Of a stretch of DNA of 64,000 nucleotides, positions 26,461-38,200 are shown in pieces. How positions within the stretch are numbered: position 1 is the first letter of the stretch; each line of letters begins with the position of its first letter. The stretch lies in IMG/VR virus record IMGVR_UViG_3300025372_000014, positions 27,234 through 91,233 of that record; one strand, given 5' to 3'. The notes under the pieces are model-generated. The model searched no databases and was not told where the DNA came from. It saw nothing but the letters and a program-made list of their open reading frames with translations. The stretch comes from a virus (Duplodnaviria > Caudoviricetes). Both the position numbers and the translations under genes were made by a program.

Positions 26461-27003
26461 GTGAGCGACTTCGATAATTTCGTCAATAATATTTATACAG
26501 AGCTAGACCAGCCAGCCGACTATTCGCCCGCAAGAATAAGTGGTTGGTTTCTAGATCAGTCAAATGTTGGTCAACTAAATAACTTAATAGGTACTTGTTA
26601 TAAACCTGCCGCATTTTATGACGGATCTGGAAATATGACCGGATTCGGAATTGTTCCTACAGTTAGTGGAAATGAGCTTGGTATCTTCAAGCTACTATTT
26701 GAATATAACTATTATTATAGGTTATCTAGATATACTGCAACTAGTATTATGACTGTTGGTCAGGACTGGATTAATCTACAAGAAGGTGATAGTAAAATTA
26801 CCAGAATTAACTATAATGAAGTTAGTAAAAATTTAAGAGGGCTCGCCAAAGACGCTAAAGAGACTCTTGATAAGGCAGTAAAGATGTACTTGAAGTATGG
26901 GGCTATACCACAACAAATCGCAGGAGATGATACAATTGGTATTAGTAATTATATTGCCACTTCAGAGGATCGCGGTATAACTAATGATAATTTCTTATAC
27001 TAA
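26461..27003 (+). CDS. head-tail adaptor (putative), leaderless GTG
   Basis: synteny; helical then LQEGDSKITR beta motif; GTGTAA + 8 nt + GTG. Confidence 0.55.
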   Translation: MSDFDNFVNNIYTELDQPADYSPARISGWFLDQSNVGQLNNLIGTCYKPAAFYDGSGNMTGFGIVPTVSGNELGIFKLLFEYNYYYRLSRYTATSIMTVGQDWINLQEGDSKITRINYNEVSKNLRGLAKDAKETLDKAVKMYLKYGAIPQQIAGDDTIGISNYIATSEDRGITNDNFLY

Positions 27004-27437
27004 TGAACTATTTCAATAACGCGCAGAAAACAGCTTACAGTAAGCCATTTTATGACATACATGATACTTTCTCGCGCAATATTGTAGTTTTTCAGCACCC
27101 ACAGGCAGTTCTTATATCTAGCCAGCCAGAATACAATTTTTTATACTCGCAGCAAACTGATGACACGGTAGTATATACTCCAGTAAGCGGCGTATTTCCA
27201 GCCACAATAAAGTGGGAACATGCTTATAAAATTAATGATGCTAGAGATATTCGCCCTACTATTTTCGGAAACTATTGCCGTTTAAAGGTAAAGGCAGATG
27301 CGCTTGCATTTATAAGTGGCGCGCGTGGACAAAGAATTGAAGTAGACGGGAGAGCAGTAAATTGGATTGGTAGTAGTGAAGTTCACGGTTTATTTACTGG
27401 AGATTTCTATCATATATATTTAAGGGAGGGAGAGTAA
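27003..27437 (+). CDS. head closure/stopper (putative)
   Basis: synteny; beta-rich, RIEVDG motif. Confidence 0.5.
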   Translation: MNYFNNAQKTAYSKPFYDIHDTFSRNIVVFQHPQAVLISSQPEYNFLYSQQTDDTVVYTPVSGVFPATIKWEHAYKINDARDIRPTIFGNYCRLKVKADALAFISGARGQRIEVDGRAVNWIGSSEVHGLFTGDFYHIYLREGE

Positions 27438-27438
27438 T

Positions 27439-28017
27439 ATGGGTAGTAGTTTGGAACAAATACGCTTGGAAATATTAAATAATCCGGGCCTAGAAAAAGA
27501 AGTCCGTATTGTTGCTGAAGAAATTTTTGAAAAAAGCAAGCAGCAATTAATACAAGAGTTTGAGAATCATCCTGTAACAAAAGAGATTCAAGCCGGGCCT
27601 GATGCATCAAATGAGTCTGGTACTTTGGGTGGTAGAGGAAATTTATTTTCATTTATAGGATTTAATGATGGCACTGATCCAATTACCCCTATAAAAGAGC
27701 TATTACAGGGAATAGAATTTTCATCTTCAAAGGGCAGGAGATTTGGTTCGGGATTTCAGTTTAAAGTAAACATGCCAGATCAAGGTGAACTAGAAAATGC
27801 AAGCAAAATGCCTTGGGAAACAGGACGTAGTTGGTTATATGATATAGAACGCGCTATATCTGGATTGGGGCAATATTTATACGGTCAATTTAAAAATTCA
27901 AGAAGTGGTACTGGAATGCAATTAGAAAAAAATGTTACTACAAATACGTTTATGCCTGTAAAATATTTTGGTACAATGCTAGAAAAATTTAAAAACAAAC
28001 TTAAGGGAATAGAATGA
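27439..28017 (+). CDS. neck/tail completion protein (putative)
   Basis: synteny. Confidence 0.45.
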   Translation: MGSSLEQIRLEILNNPGLEKEVRIVAEEIFEKSKQQLIQEFENHPVTKEIQAGPDASNESGTLGGRGNLFSFIGFNDGTDPITPIKELLQGIEFSSSKGRRFGSGFQFKVNMPDQGELENASKMPWETGRSWLYDIERAISGLGQYLYGQFKNSRSGTGMQLEKNVTTNTFMPVKYFGTMLEKFKNKLKGIE

Positions 28018-28883
28018 ATCCATCATATACAACTAATTTAATGTCAAGTTTTTATTTGTGGCTAGACCATGAGTTAGCGCATGTTGGTCAGGGGTTTGTT
28101 AATACCAGTGGGCAATTATTTCCAGTTAATGACCCTACTTGTGCGGGATATAATGTTTATAGCTCGCCATTCAGACAGTGGATTTCAGATAGTAATATTG
28201 CAAATGCCGTAGTTCCAAGCGGTGTTTATTGTGATGGTAACTTACTCACTAGGGATAGTGGTGTTATATTAAATTTTAATAAAGGACAGGTTTTATTGCC
28301 AAGTAATGTAAAACCAAATTTGGTCACTACTCAGTATTCTAAAAAAGACTTTAATCTTTACTATACAGACGAAAGAGAGGAAACTTTATTATTTGAAAAC
28401 GCACATGCTTTGCAGTCTAAATTTAGAAATATTACCGGTGGTTTAAATGGTGATGACCAGCCATTTCCTTGTATATTTATTAAAAATACTGCTTACCAAA
28501 ATGTGCCTTATGCCTTGGGTGGTCAAGAACAAACCAAAACAACAGTAAGATGTATTATTCTTTCTGATAATATGTACTTATTAGATGGCGCCATATCTGT
28601 AATGACCGATAGCGTGAGAAAGGTTTTTCCTGTAGTTGAGCCTTCTAAATTACCATATAATTACTATGGAGATTTTAAATCAGGAACAAGCTATGAGTAT
28701 GTGCAAATGGCAAATGATGCAAGCTTAAATGCTAGCAACTTAATATATATTGACAGAGTTACTGTTTCTAGATTAGATGAAATTAGGAATAAACATATTA
28801 ACTTAAAAGTTGTCGCCGCGATGGTTGACTTCGACCTATGGCAGGCAAGATATCCAAGAATATACAATCCAACTGGTGTATAA
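28014..28883 (+). CDS. tail terminator (putative)
   Basis: precedes tail tube; PFPCIFI motif. Confidence 0.5.
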   Translation: MNPSYTTNLMSSFYLWLDHELAHVGQGFVNTSGQLFPVNDPTCAGYNVYSSPFRQWISDSNIANAVVPSGVYCDGNLLTRDSGVILNFNKGQVLLPSNVKPNLVTTQYSKKDFNLYYTDEREETLLFENAHALQSKFRNITGGLNGDDQPFPCIFIKNTAYQNVPYALGGQEQTKTTVRCIILSDNMYLLDGAISVMTDSVRKVFPVVEPSKLPYNYYGDFKSGTSYEYVQMANDASLNASNLIYIDRVTVSRLDEIRNKHINLKVVAAMVDFDLWQARYPRIYNPTGV

Positions 28884-28958
28884 TGATAAATAATTTAATC
28901 TTTTCAGAGTGTCTATAATGACCCCTTTAATGTAATTAAATAAAGAACTTCCAAAACT

Positions 28959-30068
28959 ATGTCAAGAAATCGCATCATTTATAACGTTTTATCCCTATAC
29001 GCTGGACAGAATAACGCTGTTAGCGGTAGTCACTCTAACGCTGGAGATATTCGCCAGCTAACACGTGTACAATCTTTTGATGAAGATTTTGCAAGAAATC
29101 TTACAAATGTTGAACAATATGGTAACCTTGCGGCAATAGATCGTATTGAGCTTGAGGCCCCAACAGTTAAGTCCAGTTTTTCTTACTATCTAACAGATGG
29201 TAGTAATGAACACTATCTTGGATTAAATGTTTCGACTGGAAATCAACCATTACTTTCCTGTGTTTCTGGGTATCTAACAAAACAGACCGATCAGAGAAAC
29301 ATGTTCTTAATGATTGCCGACGAGGGTCATGATGCTGTAGACTATTCTTATACAAGAACTGGTGTAATTGGGCTTGGAAATGCCTTCTTAACATCTTATG
29401 ATATAGAGGCGAATGTTGGAAGTATACCAAAGGCAATGGTAAATATGGAAGCTCTAAATGTTGCCGTATACTCTTCTGTAGATGGAACAAATAATATTCC
29501 TGCAGTTAATCCAACTAATGGAATACCAGTAAATGGAATTCCTTTTGTCCTACCACAGTCTACTCTAAGTGATAACAATAGTCAGGTAACTGCATTACAA
29601 CCTGGAGATCTATCCCTATCGGTAAATGGAACACTTGGGGTAAATATTGCAGATCTTAAGATTCAAGGCTTTAAGATGGCACTGCCTTTATCGCGTCAAC
29701 CAATTCGTCGCCTTGGTAACAAGTTTGCATTCACACGCGAAATTCAGTGGCCAGTTAAGGCAACTTTCTCGATTGATGCAGAACTTGGCGATTTGAATGA
29801 TGGCGATCAATATGGTGGCAATCTAGCAAATATCCTTTGTGATACTGGGGTTTATACTATGAATCTTCAGTTCAGAAAGCCAAACTGTCAGGGAACAGGT
29901 GCTGCGGCCCTATTATATCAATTCCGTGGAGCTAAGCTTCTAAACCAGAAAGTAACAACTTCTATTGGTGCAAATGCGAAGTTCACAGCAGAATTTGAGG
30001 CGCAAATCGGTGCCCCAGAAGATACAGTACATGGTATCTTTATCTCTGGAACATATACAAATTACTAA
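28959..30068 (+). CDS. major tail tube protein
   Basis: beta-rich, RVQS, LSRQPIRRLG; own promoter and terminator; upstream of chaperones and TMP. Confidence 0.7.
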   Translation: MSRNRIIYNVLSLYAGQNNAVSGSHSNAGDIRQLTRVQSFDEDFARNLTNVEQYGNLAAIDRIELEAPTVKSSFSYYLTDGSNEHYLGLNVSTGNQPLLSCVSGYLTKQTDQRNMFLMIADEGHDAVDYSYTRTGVIGLGNAFLTSYDIEANVGSIPKAMVNMEALNVAVYSSVDGTNNIPAVNPTNGIPVNGIPFVLPQSTLSDNNSQVTALQPGDLSLSVNGTLGVNIADLKIQGFKMALPLSRQPIRRLGNKFAFTREIQWPVKATFSIDAELGDLNDGDQYGGNLANILCDTGVYTMNLQFRKPNCQGTGAAALLYQFRGAKLLNQKVTTSIGANAKFTAEFEAQIGAPEDTVHGIFISGTYTNY

Positions 30069-30093
30069 GATATAGATCAATAATAAATAAGTA

Positions 30094-30124
30094 GTGGGCA
30101 CCTTCGGGTGCCCATTATTTTTTT
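30094..30124 (+). terminator. intrinsic terminator after the tail tube
   Basis: TGGGCACC-TTCG-GGTGCCCA (cUUCGg loop) plus T-tract. Confidence 0.9.
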
Positions 30125-30174
30125 ATGGGTGTAATATAAGTTGGTATAATAAGGTAAATAAAGGAAAAAGGTTT

Positions 30175-30414
30175 ATGACTGAATTTGATATCAATGGTTT
30201 TGTTACTTCCGCTATTGTGCGTGAAGTTAAGAAGTTGTACTTATCCTTCCTGTATACAACTGAAGATCTTGCTAATAATAACAAGTTATCAGAAGAAGAT
30301 TTCGCGTATCTTAGAAAAAGAATCCTTGACTATGGGAATAATACTGTTAGAAATTTAGAGGAACAGTTAGATAATTTTGATTTTACGTTTAAAAATAAAG
30401 AAAATAATAAATAA
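30175..30414 (+). CDS. 79-aa hypothetical protein
   Basis: start moved to ATG 30175 because the upstream part is terminator/promoter; GTGTAA at 30129. Confidence 0.6.
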   Translation: MTEFDINGFVTSAIVREVKKLYLSFLYTTEDLANNNKLSEEDFAYLRKRILDYGNNTVRNLEEQLDNFDFTFKNKENNK

Positions 30415-30416
30415 TC

Positions 30417-31205
30417 ATGAGTAGCACAAACACAAACAAATGGTATTACGAATTTTCGGTAACTGATAAAACCGGAGCACAAACAAAAAAGTATGCCATA
30501 TTAAAACCTAATAGGAAAATTAGAGAAGATGGTGAACTGTTTTTCGCCAGTGAAACTTCTAGATTTGCTAAGGCCGGGGTATTGCCACGTGCAGCTTGGA
30601 ATACCATTCTTTCAAATGGCGGGGGTACTATTAGCGACTCAGAAAGAGAAAGTTATGGAAAGCTTCTTGCAGATTATAGAACAAATAGTTTTGAGTTACA
30701 GTCTATCCTGATTAAGAGCGATGGCTCTAGGTCTGAAGATGAAAATAAGAGGATCGAGGAGCTTCTAGTTAAGATAGAAGAAATCAAACGTAATATACAA
30801 TCTTTTGAGTCTGAACAAATTAATATTTTTGAAAATACCGCAGAAGCTAAGGCTCGTAACCGTACCATTTTATGGTGGATGCTTCAACTATCATTCGTAG
30901 AGAATAGCGGTAGTTATGTTCCAGTGTTTGATGGAGAGTCATTTTATGACAAGCTAGATAAATATGATGAAATAAATGATTCTGATAATGAGGAACTATC
31001 TTTTACAGTTCAGCGTCTAACATATTTAGTTACGCTGTGGTTCTTGGGTAGAGCAGAAAAAACCGAGGACTTTGTATCTCTTGATCAAGAGTTCTCCTCA
31101 AGTAAAAAAGAAGAGAATGCTGAAGTTAAGCCAGAGGAAGATGCGGTTGTGACACCTGATGCTACGGTTGCGCCTGCTACGCCAGAGACTTCTGCGCAGG
31201 CATAA
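30417..31205 (+). CDS. tail assembly chaperone (putative)
   Basis: between tube and TMP; coiled coil. Confidence 0.5.
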   Translation: MSSTNTNKWYYEFSVTDKTGAQTKKYAILKPNRKIREDGELFFASETSRFAKAGVLPRAAWNTILSNGGGTISDSERESYGKLLADYRTNSFELQSILIKSDGSRSEDENKRIEELLVKIEEIKRNIQSFESEQINIFENTAEAKARNRTILWWMLQLSFVENSGSYVPVFDGESFYDKLDKYDEINDSDNEELSFTVQRLTYLVTLWFLGRAEKTEDFVSLDQEFSSSKKEENAEVKPEEDAVVTPDATVAPATPETSAQA

Positions 31206-31211
31206 TAAAAT

Positions 31212-32243
31212 GTGCAAAATAGTACCGTAAAATACGGAAATGTTTTTACAGAAATAGCTGTCGGGCTTTCACAGAAAGCCATAGAGGGTAGAACTTATTA
31301 TTTTAAGCACCCAACACAGGCCGAGCATTTTGAAATTTATGGTAAGTATTATTTAATATTTGAAGATGCAAAAAAGCGCGGCCTACTCTCGGAAGAGGAA
31401 AAAATAGAAGACGCCCTTAAAAATGGTTGGTGGACTAAACAAAAAGAAGTGAGATTTAATCAGTTAAATGATAATATTAAAAATCTTAAAATAACAAGAA
31501 ATAACTTATTATTACCATCACAAAAGCAACAGATAGATAAAGAGATACAAAGAAATATTTATATTCTTTCAACGTTCGAGAAGGAAAGAAATGAAATAAT
31601 TGGATATACGGCAGAAAAGTACGCCAATGAGAGGCTATACGATGAAATGCTTCTGTCTTTAACTTATAAAAATAGTAATCTAACCGAAAGGCTATTCACT
31701 GATAGTCAAGAATATTACTATTTGTCTGATAGCATAGTAGAGAGCATAAGAGAGGGGTTCTTCTCGTCTATGGCTATCTTGTCGCCAGATAGTATAAAAA
31801 AAGTGGCTGCATGTACATTTTTTCAAAATATGTTGTATGTAACTTCTGAATGTGATGTTATGAGTTTTTGGGGCAAGTCAGCAACTCAGTGTACAAAATA
31901 CCAAATAGATTTACTTATTAATGGTAAGGTTTTTAAAAATGCAATTAAAAATGAAATGCAGCAAGGTGGAAGTATTTCAGATGATGTTCTTTCAGATCCT
32001 GAGAAATTTGTGTTATGGTATGACTCACAGACTAATAATGCTACAACTAATAGTACAACTAGCTCTAATTTTTCCGGATCAAATAATGCAGTATCTAGTT
32101 TTGTAGGCGCAACAAAAGAAGACTTAAAGCAGATGGGTGTCAAAATAGAAAAAATCAAGGGTAAGAGCCTATTACAGCTAGCAGAAGAAAAGGGTGGTGT
32201 TTTACAAAAACATGAATATCTGAATGCGCGAGAAGGTAGCTAA
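31212..32243 (+). CDS. second tail assembly chaperone (putative)
   Basis: directly upstream of TMP. Confidence 0.5.
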   Translation: MQNSTVKYGNVFTEIAVGLSQKAIEGRTYYFKHPTQAEHFEIYGKYYLIFEDAKKRGLLSEEEKIEDALKNGWWTKQKEVRFNQLNDNIKNLKITRNNLLLPSQKQQIDKEIQRNIYILSTFEKERNEIIGYTAEKYANERLYDEMLLSLTYKNSNLTERLFTDSQEYYYLSDSIVESIREGFFSSMAILSPDSIKKVAACTFFQNMLYVTSECDVMSFWGKSATQCTKYQIDLLINGKVFKNAIKNEMQQGGSISDDVLSDPEKFVLWYDSQTNNATTNSTTSSNFSGSNNAVSSFVGATKEDLKQMGVKIEKIKGKSLLQLAEEKGGVLQKHEYLNAREGS

Positions 32244-32288
32244 AGTGTAAATATCATAGAGTATAACCCTCATACTCGGAAAAAGGAT

Positions 32289-35200
32289 ATGCCACTAGAA
32301 ACAATTGTAAATGTATCAGCGAATACCAGACCAGCCGAGCAGCAAATTAATCAGCTTACTGGTAAAAATTACGCAATTAATCTTAATATTAATTCTCAGC
32401 CTCTGGGCAGAATTACTGGGCAGTTAAGCGAATTTAATAAATCAATTGATGCGGCAAATGCCCGTGTTATAGCTTTCGGTGCTAGTGCTGGCGCTATTTC
32501 CATTCTAGAGAAATCTTTCCATGCACTGATTGATTCTACTATAGAAGTGCAAAAAGCCATGAATGGCATTCAGGTTATTCTTGGTGCATCTGAGGGGGTG
32601 ATGACTAAGTTTGGTAAAAACTTATTTGACATTGCAAAAAATACTGGCCAAAGCTTTGATGTTGTTGCTGAGGCGGCTACGAATCTTTCTCGTCAGGGCT
32701 TGGGCGTAGAAGAAACATTAAAAAGAACCAATGATGCGCTTGTGCTTTCTCGTATTACTGGTATGGGTGCTGCAGAAAGTGTTCGCGCACTGACTGCGGC
32801 AGTAAACTCTTTTACAAGTCAGGCTGTAACTGCCACAGAGGTTGTTAATAAATTTGCAACTGTAGATTCCTCATTTGCTATTGGTGCAAAAGATTTGCCA
32901 GAAGCTATTAGTCGTGTTGGTAGTGCCGCCGCTCAAGCGGGTGTTAGCTTGGATGAGCTTATTGCGCTGGTTACATCTGCACAGGTGGCAACAGCCCGTG
33001 GCGGTAGTGTAATTGGTAACTCGTTTAAGACAATCTTTACAAGACTTGAGCGTGGAAAAACACAAGACTTATTAGAGAGTATTGGTGTTAGCACAAAAGA
33101 TTCCGAAGGAAAATTAAAGTCTACAATTGACATGCTAAAAGATTTGGCTACTGTTTACGGAAGCCTAAGTCAAGGTCAGCAGGCGAATGTGGCCGAAAAG
33201 GTTGGTGGAGTTTTCCAGATTAACATTTTAAAAGCTGCTTTGGCAGATTTAGGTAAAGAAAATTCTGTATATAACGCTGCTCTAAAAACATCCATATCTT
33301 CAACGGATGAAGCAACAAAACGTAATGAAAAATTAAATGAAACATATGCCGCTCAAATCAATAGACTAAAACAAAGCGCTACAGAGTTAGCTGCAAACGC
33401 TGGTAAGCAGGTTTTTGGGCCAAGCATGGATAGAATTATTGGCGGTGGGAATAATATATTAGATTCTTTAAATAATATAGATTCGAATAGCATCGGCGCT
33501 AAATTAGGTAAGGGAATTCTTGACGGTATTGGTCAGGTTTTAGCCGGTCCCGGATTGGTATTAATTGGTGGGGTTGTTATAAAGTTACTGGGCGATTTAG
33601 CTAAATTCTCGTCTGGTAGTGTTAAGGAACTATTAGGTTTAAATGCTGCAACAAAACAGCGTGAAGATATACAGAAAAGTGTTCTTGAGATTTTACAAAA
33701 AGAGCCAGATGTTTTAGCAAAAATTAACGCTGCAGGAAAAGACACGACCTCATCTGCAAAAATATTATTAAGCTTCCTAGAGAAACAGACAGCGCAGATG
33801 GAAATGCAGGCAAAGTGGGCCGGTGAGGTTGCTGGAAAGTTATATGGTGGTGGTGTGAGAATGGGTGGTGGTGTACCAGTAACAAAAAAATCTGCAGGTT
33901 ATATTCCAGACTTTGCAAGTGAAGAGATACAAGCAAAAATGCTTGGCGCAAAAAATCCACGCGCAATGTGGAGCGATGGGACAATTGGTGGTAAAAAATT
34001 TATTAAGAATAGTGAGGAGACTGAGATAGTTGGGTATGGGCGTAATGGAGATTCTGCTGTTATACCAATGTATGCCAGTGGATATGTACCTAATTTTGCT
34101 GGAGAGGGCTCAAGAGTTCAGGCTCTATCTGAATGGAATAGATTTAATCTAATTGATGATAATGGTAAAATAATACTTGCGAATAAACCCTCAAAAGATT
34201 TAAGAAACTGGTCCCGCAACAACTCTGGAATATTGTCAGAAGAGGATATATTAAAAATAAAACAGCCAGAACCGCTGACAAAAAGAGAAAAACCAATAAC
34301 CTCCGTAGAGGATATAAGTGTATCTGGAAGGGGCTCTAATAAAATAGTAAATCTGGGTAATCTTGATTTATCGACTTTAGATCCTAGTATCGCTAATAAA
34401 TATGGAGTATTTTTTCCGAACTTGGGTGGCGAGGTTCTGCCAATTTCTCAGTCGGTAAATGATATTAGCGCGTTAAAAAGTAAAAATGTAAATGGAAACA
34501 TTTCTGCTAAATTAAAAACTGCATCTGTTTTTCCTTTAAATTCAAAAGAAAGCGATTTTGATAAAATTCTAGAAGACCTATTTTTACCGCCTTTTAGGAA
34601 TTTATCAGATAGAATTGCATCTACATTTTTATCTAAAGATAGTAGTATTGCAGGCGAATTGGGAGTGGATAGTGTACTCACCCCTTCTGTGAAGGGTAGT
34701 ATATTTGAAAAAGCTTTGGGGGCGGCTTCTGTTATTTCTAAGAAAAAATTTGAAAAAGATAGTCAAGAAGATCAACGTTCTTTTGATTATGCACCGCTTG
34801 GTGATTATCCGTCTCTTATGGATAAGATAAAGTTATCTTCTGATGGCGCAGCTGAAGCAAAAAAATCTAAAGATGCGGCTCATAACTTACCATCAAAAAT
34901 TTTAACACATGACTCTGGTTTATTAGTTCAATTACAAAACAAAATTAAAGAAAAACTAGAGCCAAAAATTAAAACTGCGGCAACTGGTTATATACCTAAT
35001 TTTGCAGATGCGCTACATGCATCTATTGCGCGCGAAATTGGTGCTGGCGCGCCAGCTGGTGATATTTATGTTAAAAAATATGGACAATTAACAAGTGCAA
35101 ATAATCCCGATGGGTATGGTGTTTTTAATAAGAGGGATGAGGGCACGATGTCGAGCGAGATGCGAGCTATGCGCAAAAAGGGATATGCTCGTGGTTATAT

Positions 35201-38200
35201 TCCAAATTTTGCTGATGATGGTGGAGGATTTGGCGCTGCTGGTGGTGCTAGCGCCGGGCTTGATTTATTAATGGCGTTACAGTTAATCAAATCTTCTAAT
35301 AAAGAAAAATCTGAAGAAGAAAAAAAGGCCGCAGAAGCTACCAAAGAGGCATCTACTGGAATAAAGCAATTAACTAGTAATATTAAAGCACTTTCACAGA
35401 TAGATAAAGAAATTGCATCTGTTTCTAATTTAAAAAAAGCCGCTACTTCTGCTATAAGTAAAATAAGATCAAATGAACTTCCATTAGATTTAATGGGCGA
35501 AGCCGTTAGTACTGTCAAGCAAAGTGGAGCCGAAGAAGCAAGGTTAAAAAAACAAAAAAAAGATATTCTTGCCGAAGGGAGAGCTTCGGGGGCTTTTAAC
35601 GCGAAAATTCTAGGTGTAGATGTTGGTAATGTAGAAAGTATGTCAACCTTTACTGGTTCTTTGAAACAACAGGCTGGATCTTTACTGGGTAAAGCTGGCA
35701 AAATGGCTTCAAACCCAATGCTTGGAATAGCTGCGCCATTAATTGCTGGACAAATTTCAGAATTAATACCCAAAGAAAATACCGGTGCAAAACAGGCGGT
35801 ATCTAGTCTAGGAAATGTGGCATCAATGGCTAGTACTGGTGCAATGTTAGGTGGGCCAATTGGTGCAGTAGCTGGCGCGGCGGTTGGCGCAATAGGTGAA
35901 ATACCTAATATAGCACGAGCTTTTAATTCTAGTTTACCAAAACTTACCGAAGAGGCAGATAAGGCAAAAGATGGGTTTACAGAATTTCATTCTACTTCTC
36001 AAAGTTATCTACAGTCACTACAAACACTAGAAGATGCTGTAAATAATGGTACTGCTAGTGAGACAGAGTTGAGAAAAATGAAACAACAAGTTTCTCAGGC
36101 ATATGCAAAATTTTCTCCAGATGATTTAAAAGTTATAAAAGAAGCTCGACAAACTGGTGGAGCAAAGGGTGAGCGAGAGGCTATTCAAGACTTGGATCAG
36201 CGTAAAAAAGAAGACGCGGAAAAGAAAGCTAGTGATTTAGCGTTAACAAAAAATGCGGAAGATTTAAGGTATTCATTCTCTGGAATGATGATACCAGGAT
36301 GGGCTGGCGGAGGTGTTGGTGCTCAGGACACTTCAAAAGTATCTGATATGGCTGTTTCTGTATTGACACAGGGACTTACTGGTAAAGAGAAACTTGATAA
36401 GTTATCAGGTGTTAATATTGGCGGCTTACTAGAAGCTGGTAATAAGAAAGATGCGAGCGCAGTTCAGGGTCAGTTGATGGCAGCTGGTTATAGTGAGCAA
36501 GAGGCAAAGGCCGAGGTTGCCAATCTTAAAGCAAGTAAAGATTTTAGCGCTGCTACTGCAGAACTTGCAGAAAAACTCGTAAAAGCAAGAGTCGCAACAT
36601 TAGCACAGAAGAAAGCCGAAGATGAGATAATAGAAGTAAGACAGAGAGATAGGGACATGACCATGCAAAATGTCGGAATCATACAAGAAGAGATTGCGGC
36701 TTTAAAAGTAAACATACAGGCTCAATATGAAACAGAAAGAGCTAAAATTAAAACAGAAGAAAGAAAACAAAAATCTGCTACAGAAATGGCGGGTGTTCGT
36801 TCGCAAGGATCAATTAATGTTGCAGCTGCTATAGCTGGAGAAGAGAGTCCAGATGTTATAGCAATGAAAAGGGCAAAAGAATATTCAGATATTGAGTTAA
36901 ATCTTAACAATGGAATTGCTGATTTAAAGCGTAATAGCAAACTATCCGAGTTTAATTCTGGAGAAAAAATTCAAATCAGTCGTCTGGATGAAACTGGCAA
37001 TAAAGCAAAAGCTGCAAAAAATGCCCGCCCATATGAAACGAATGTGGGTGAAGCATCCCAGACTGGCTTAGAGGGATATTTCCAAAAAATAGATCTAACG
37101 AAAGGTGGACAACAATCACAAATTGAAGCACTATCTCAGAATATACTAACTAACAATAATAACTATATTAAGGGAATTTCAAAATATAATGGAAAAAGTG
37201 CGATGTTTGAGCAGGACAGTCTTTTATATGGCGAAATGGGCAAGCCAGAACAAATCACGCAAAAGGGCCAACAAGATGCTAAAAGTGTCGCATTACAGAG
37301 AGGAATCCAAGAGCTGAATGAAACAGCAAAAGATCAAAAAAAGATACTTGATGAAAGGTTGCATTTTGAAGAATTGGCTGCAAATATTAAATCATTACAG
37401 TCCTCGTTTGGTGGCGGTAATGCGTTTGTTAATGGCAAAGATGTTACTGGTGATCTTATATCGCAATTCTTACAGGGTAGCGCGCTAAAGAAACCAATTG
37501 ATACGACTCAGTCACTAATTAGAAATGGGCTGGAGCTAAAGAGTGCGGGAATAGATGTTAACAAACCACTTTCTGAACAAAAAACTAATGCCGGATCATT
37601 ATCACAGGCCGCCGAACTTGGCAGAAACTATTATAAAACAAATCGTAGTTTAAAAGATATTTTTGGTGGTGAAATTTCAGGCGGACCGGGAGACAAATTT
37701 CAGAAAACAATGGAAGTTGGTAGGCAAGCAGATTTAATGAGACAGTATAAGGATCTTGAAACTGCAGCTAAAACTGGAACACCAGAACAGAAGGAAGCTT
37801 TTTCAAGATATTCTCAAAGCTTTATGTCAAAAACAGGTAAGTCAAATATGACGGATGCTTTTGGTTATAAGGCTCAATTAGAAGCTTCTATGGAAACTGG
37901 TCATCTTACGGATCAACAAAAAGTAATGGCTGATAAATTTGGCTATAATAAGGGTGGCAACGCGGTAACTGATTTACTAGGATATAACTATAAGGAAGTT
38001 GCACCAATTTTTGACAAAAAGGGCAAACGAGATACCGTTGCTGAACAGAAAAAAAGCGATGAAATAAATCAGGGTATAAATAATGTTTTAGGAAAAGACT
38101 TTAAACTAAATTCAGTTGGAAAGGATGAGAGTGTAGTAGCGCTTAATGCCGGTTTGAGAATACAGACTGCCATATTACAGGAAGTCCAAAAAATAGGTGA

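Noticed and set aside
30094-30174. N-terminal extension of ORF 30094..30414
   Set aside because: The sequence is the tail-tube terminator and next promoter; ATG 30175 is the better start
31100-31215. Programmed frameshift or readthrough joining the two tail chaperones
   Set aside because: Both ORFs are in the same frame, separated by TAATAA, and no in-frame slippery heptamer is seen
28014-32243. Contractile tail sheath
   Set aside because: No sheath-sized gene between neck and TMP
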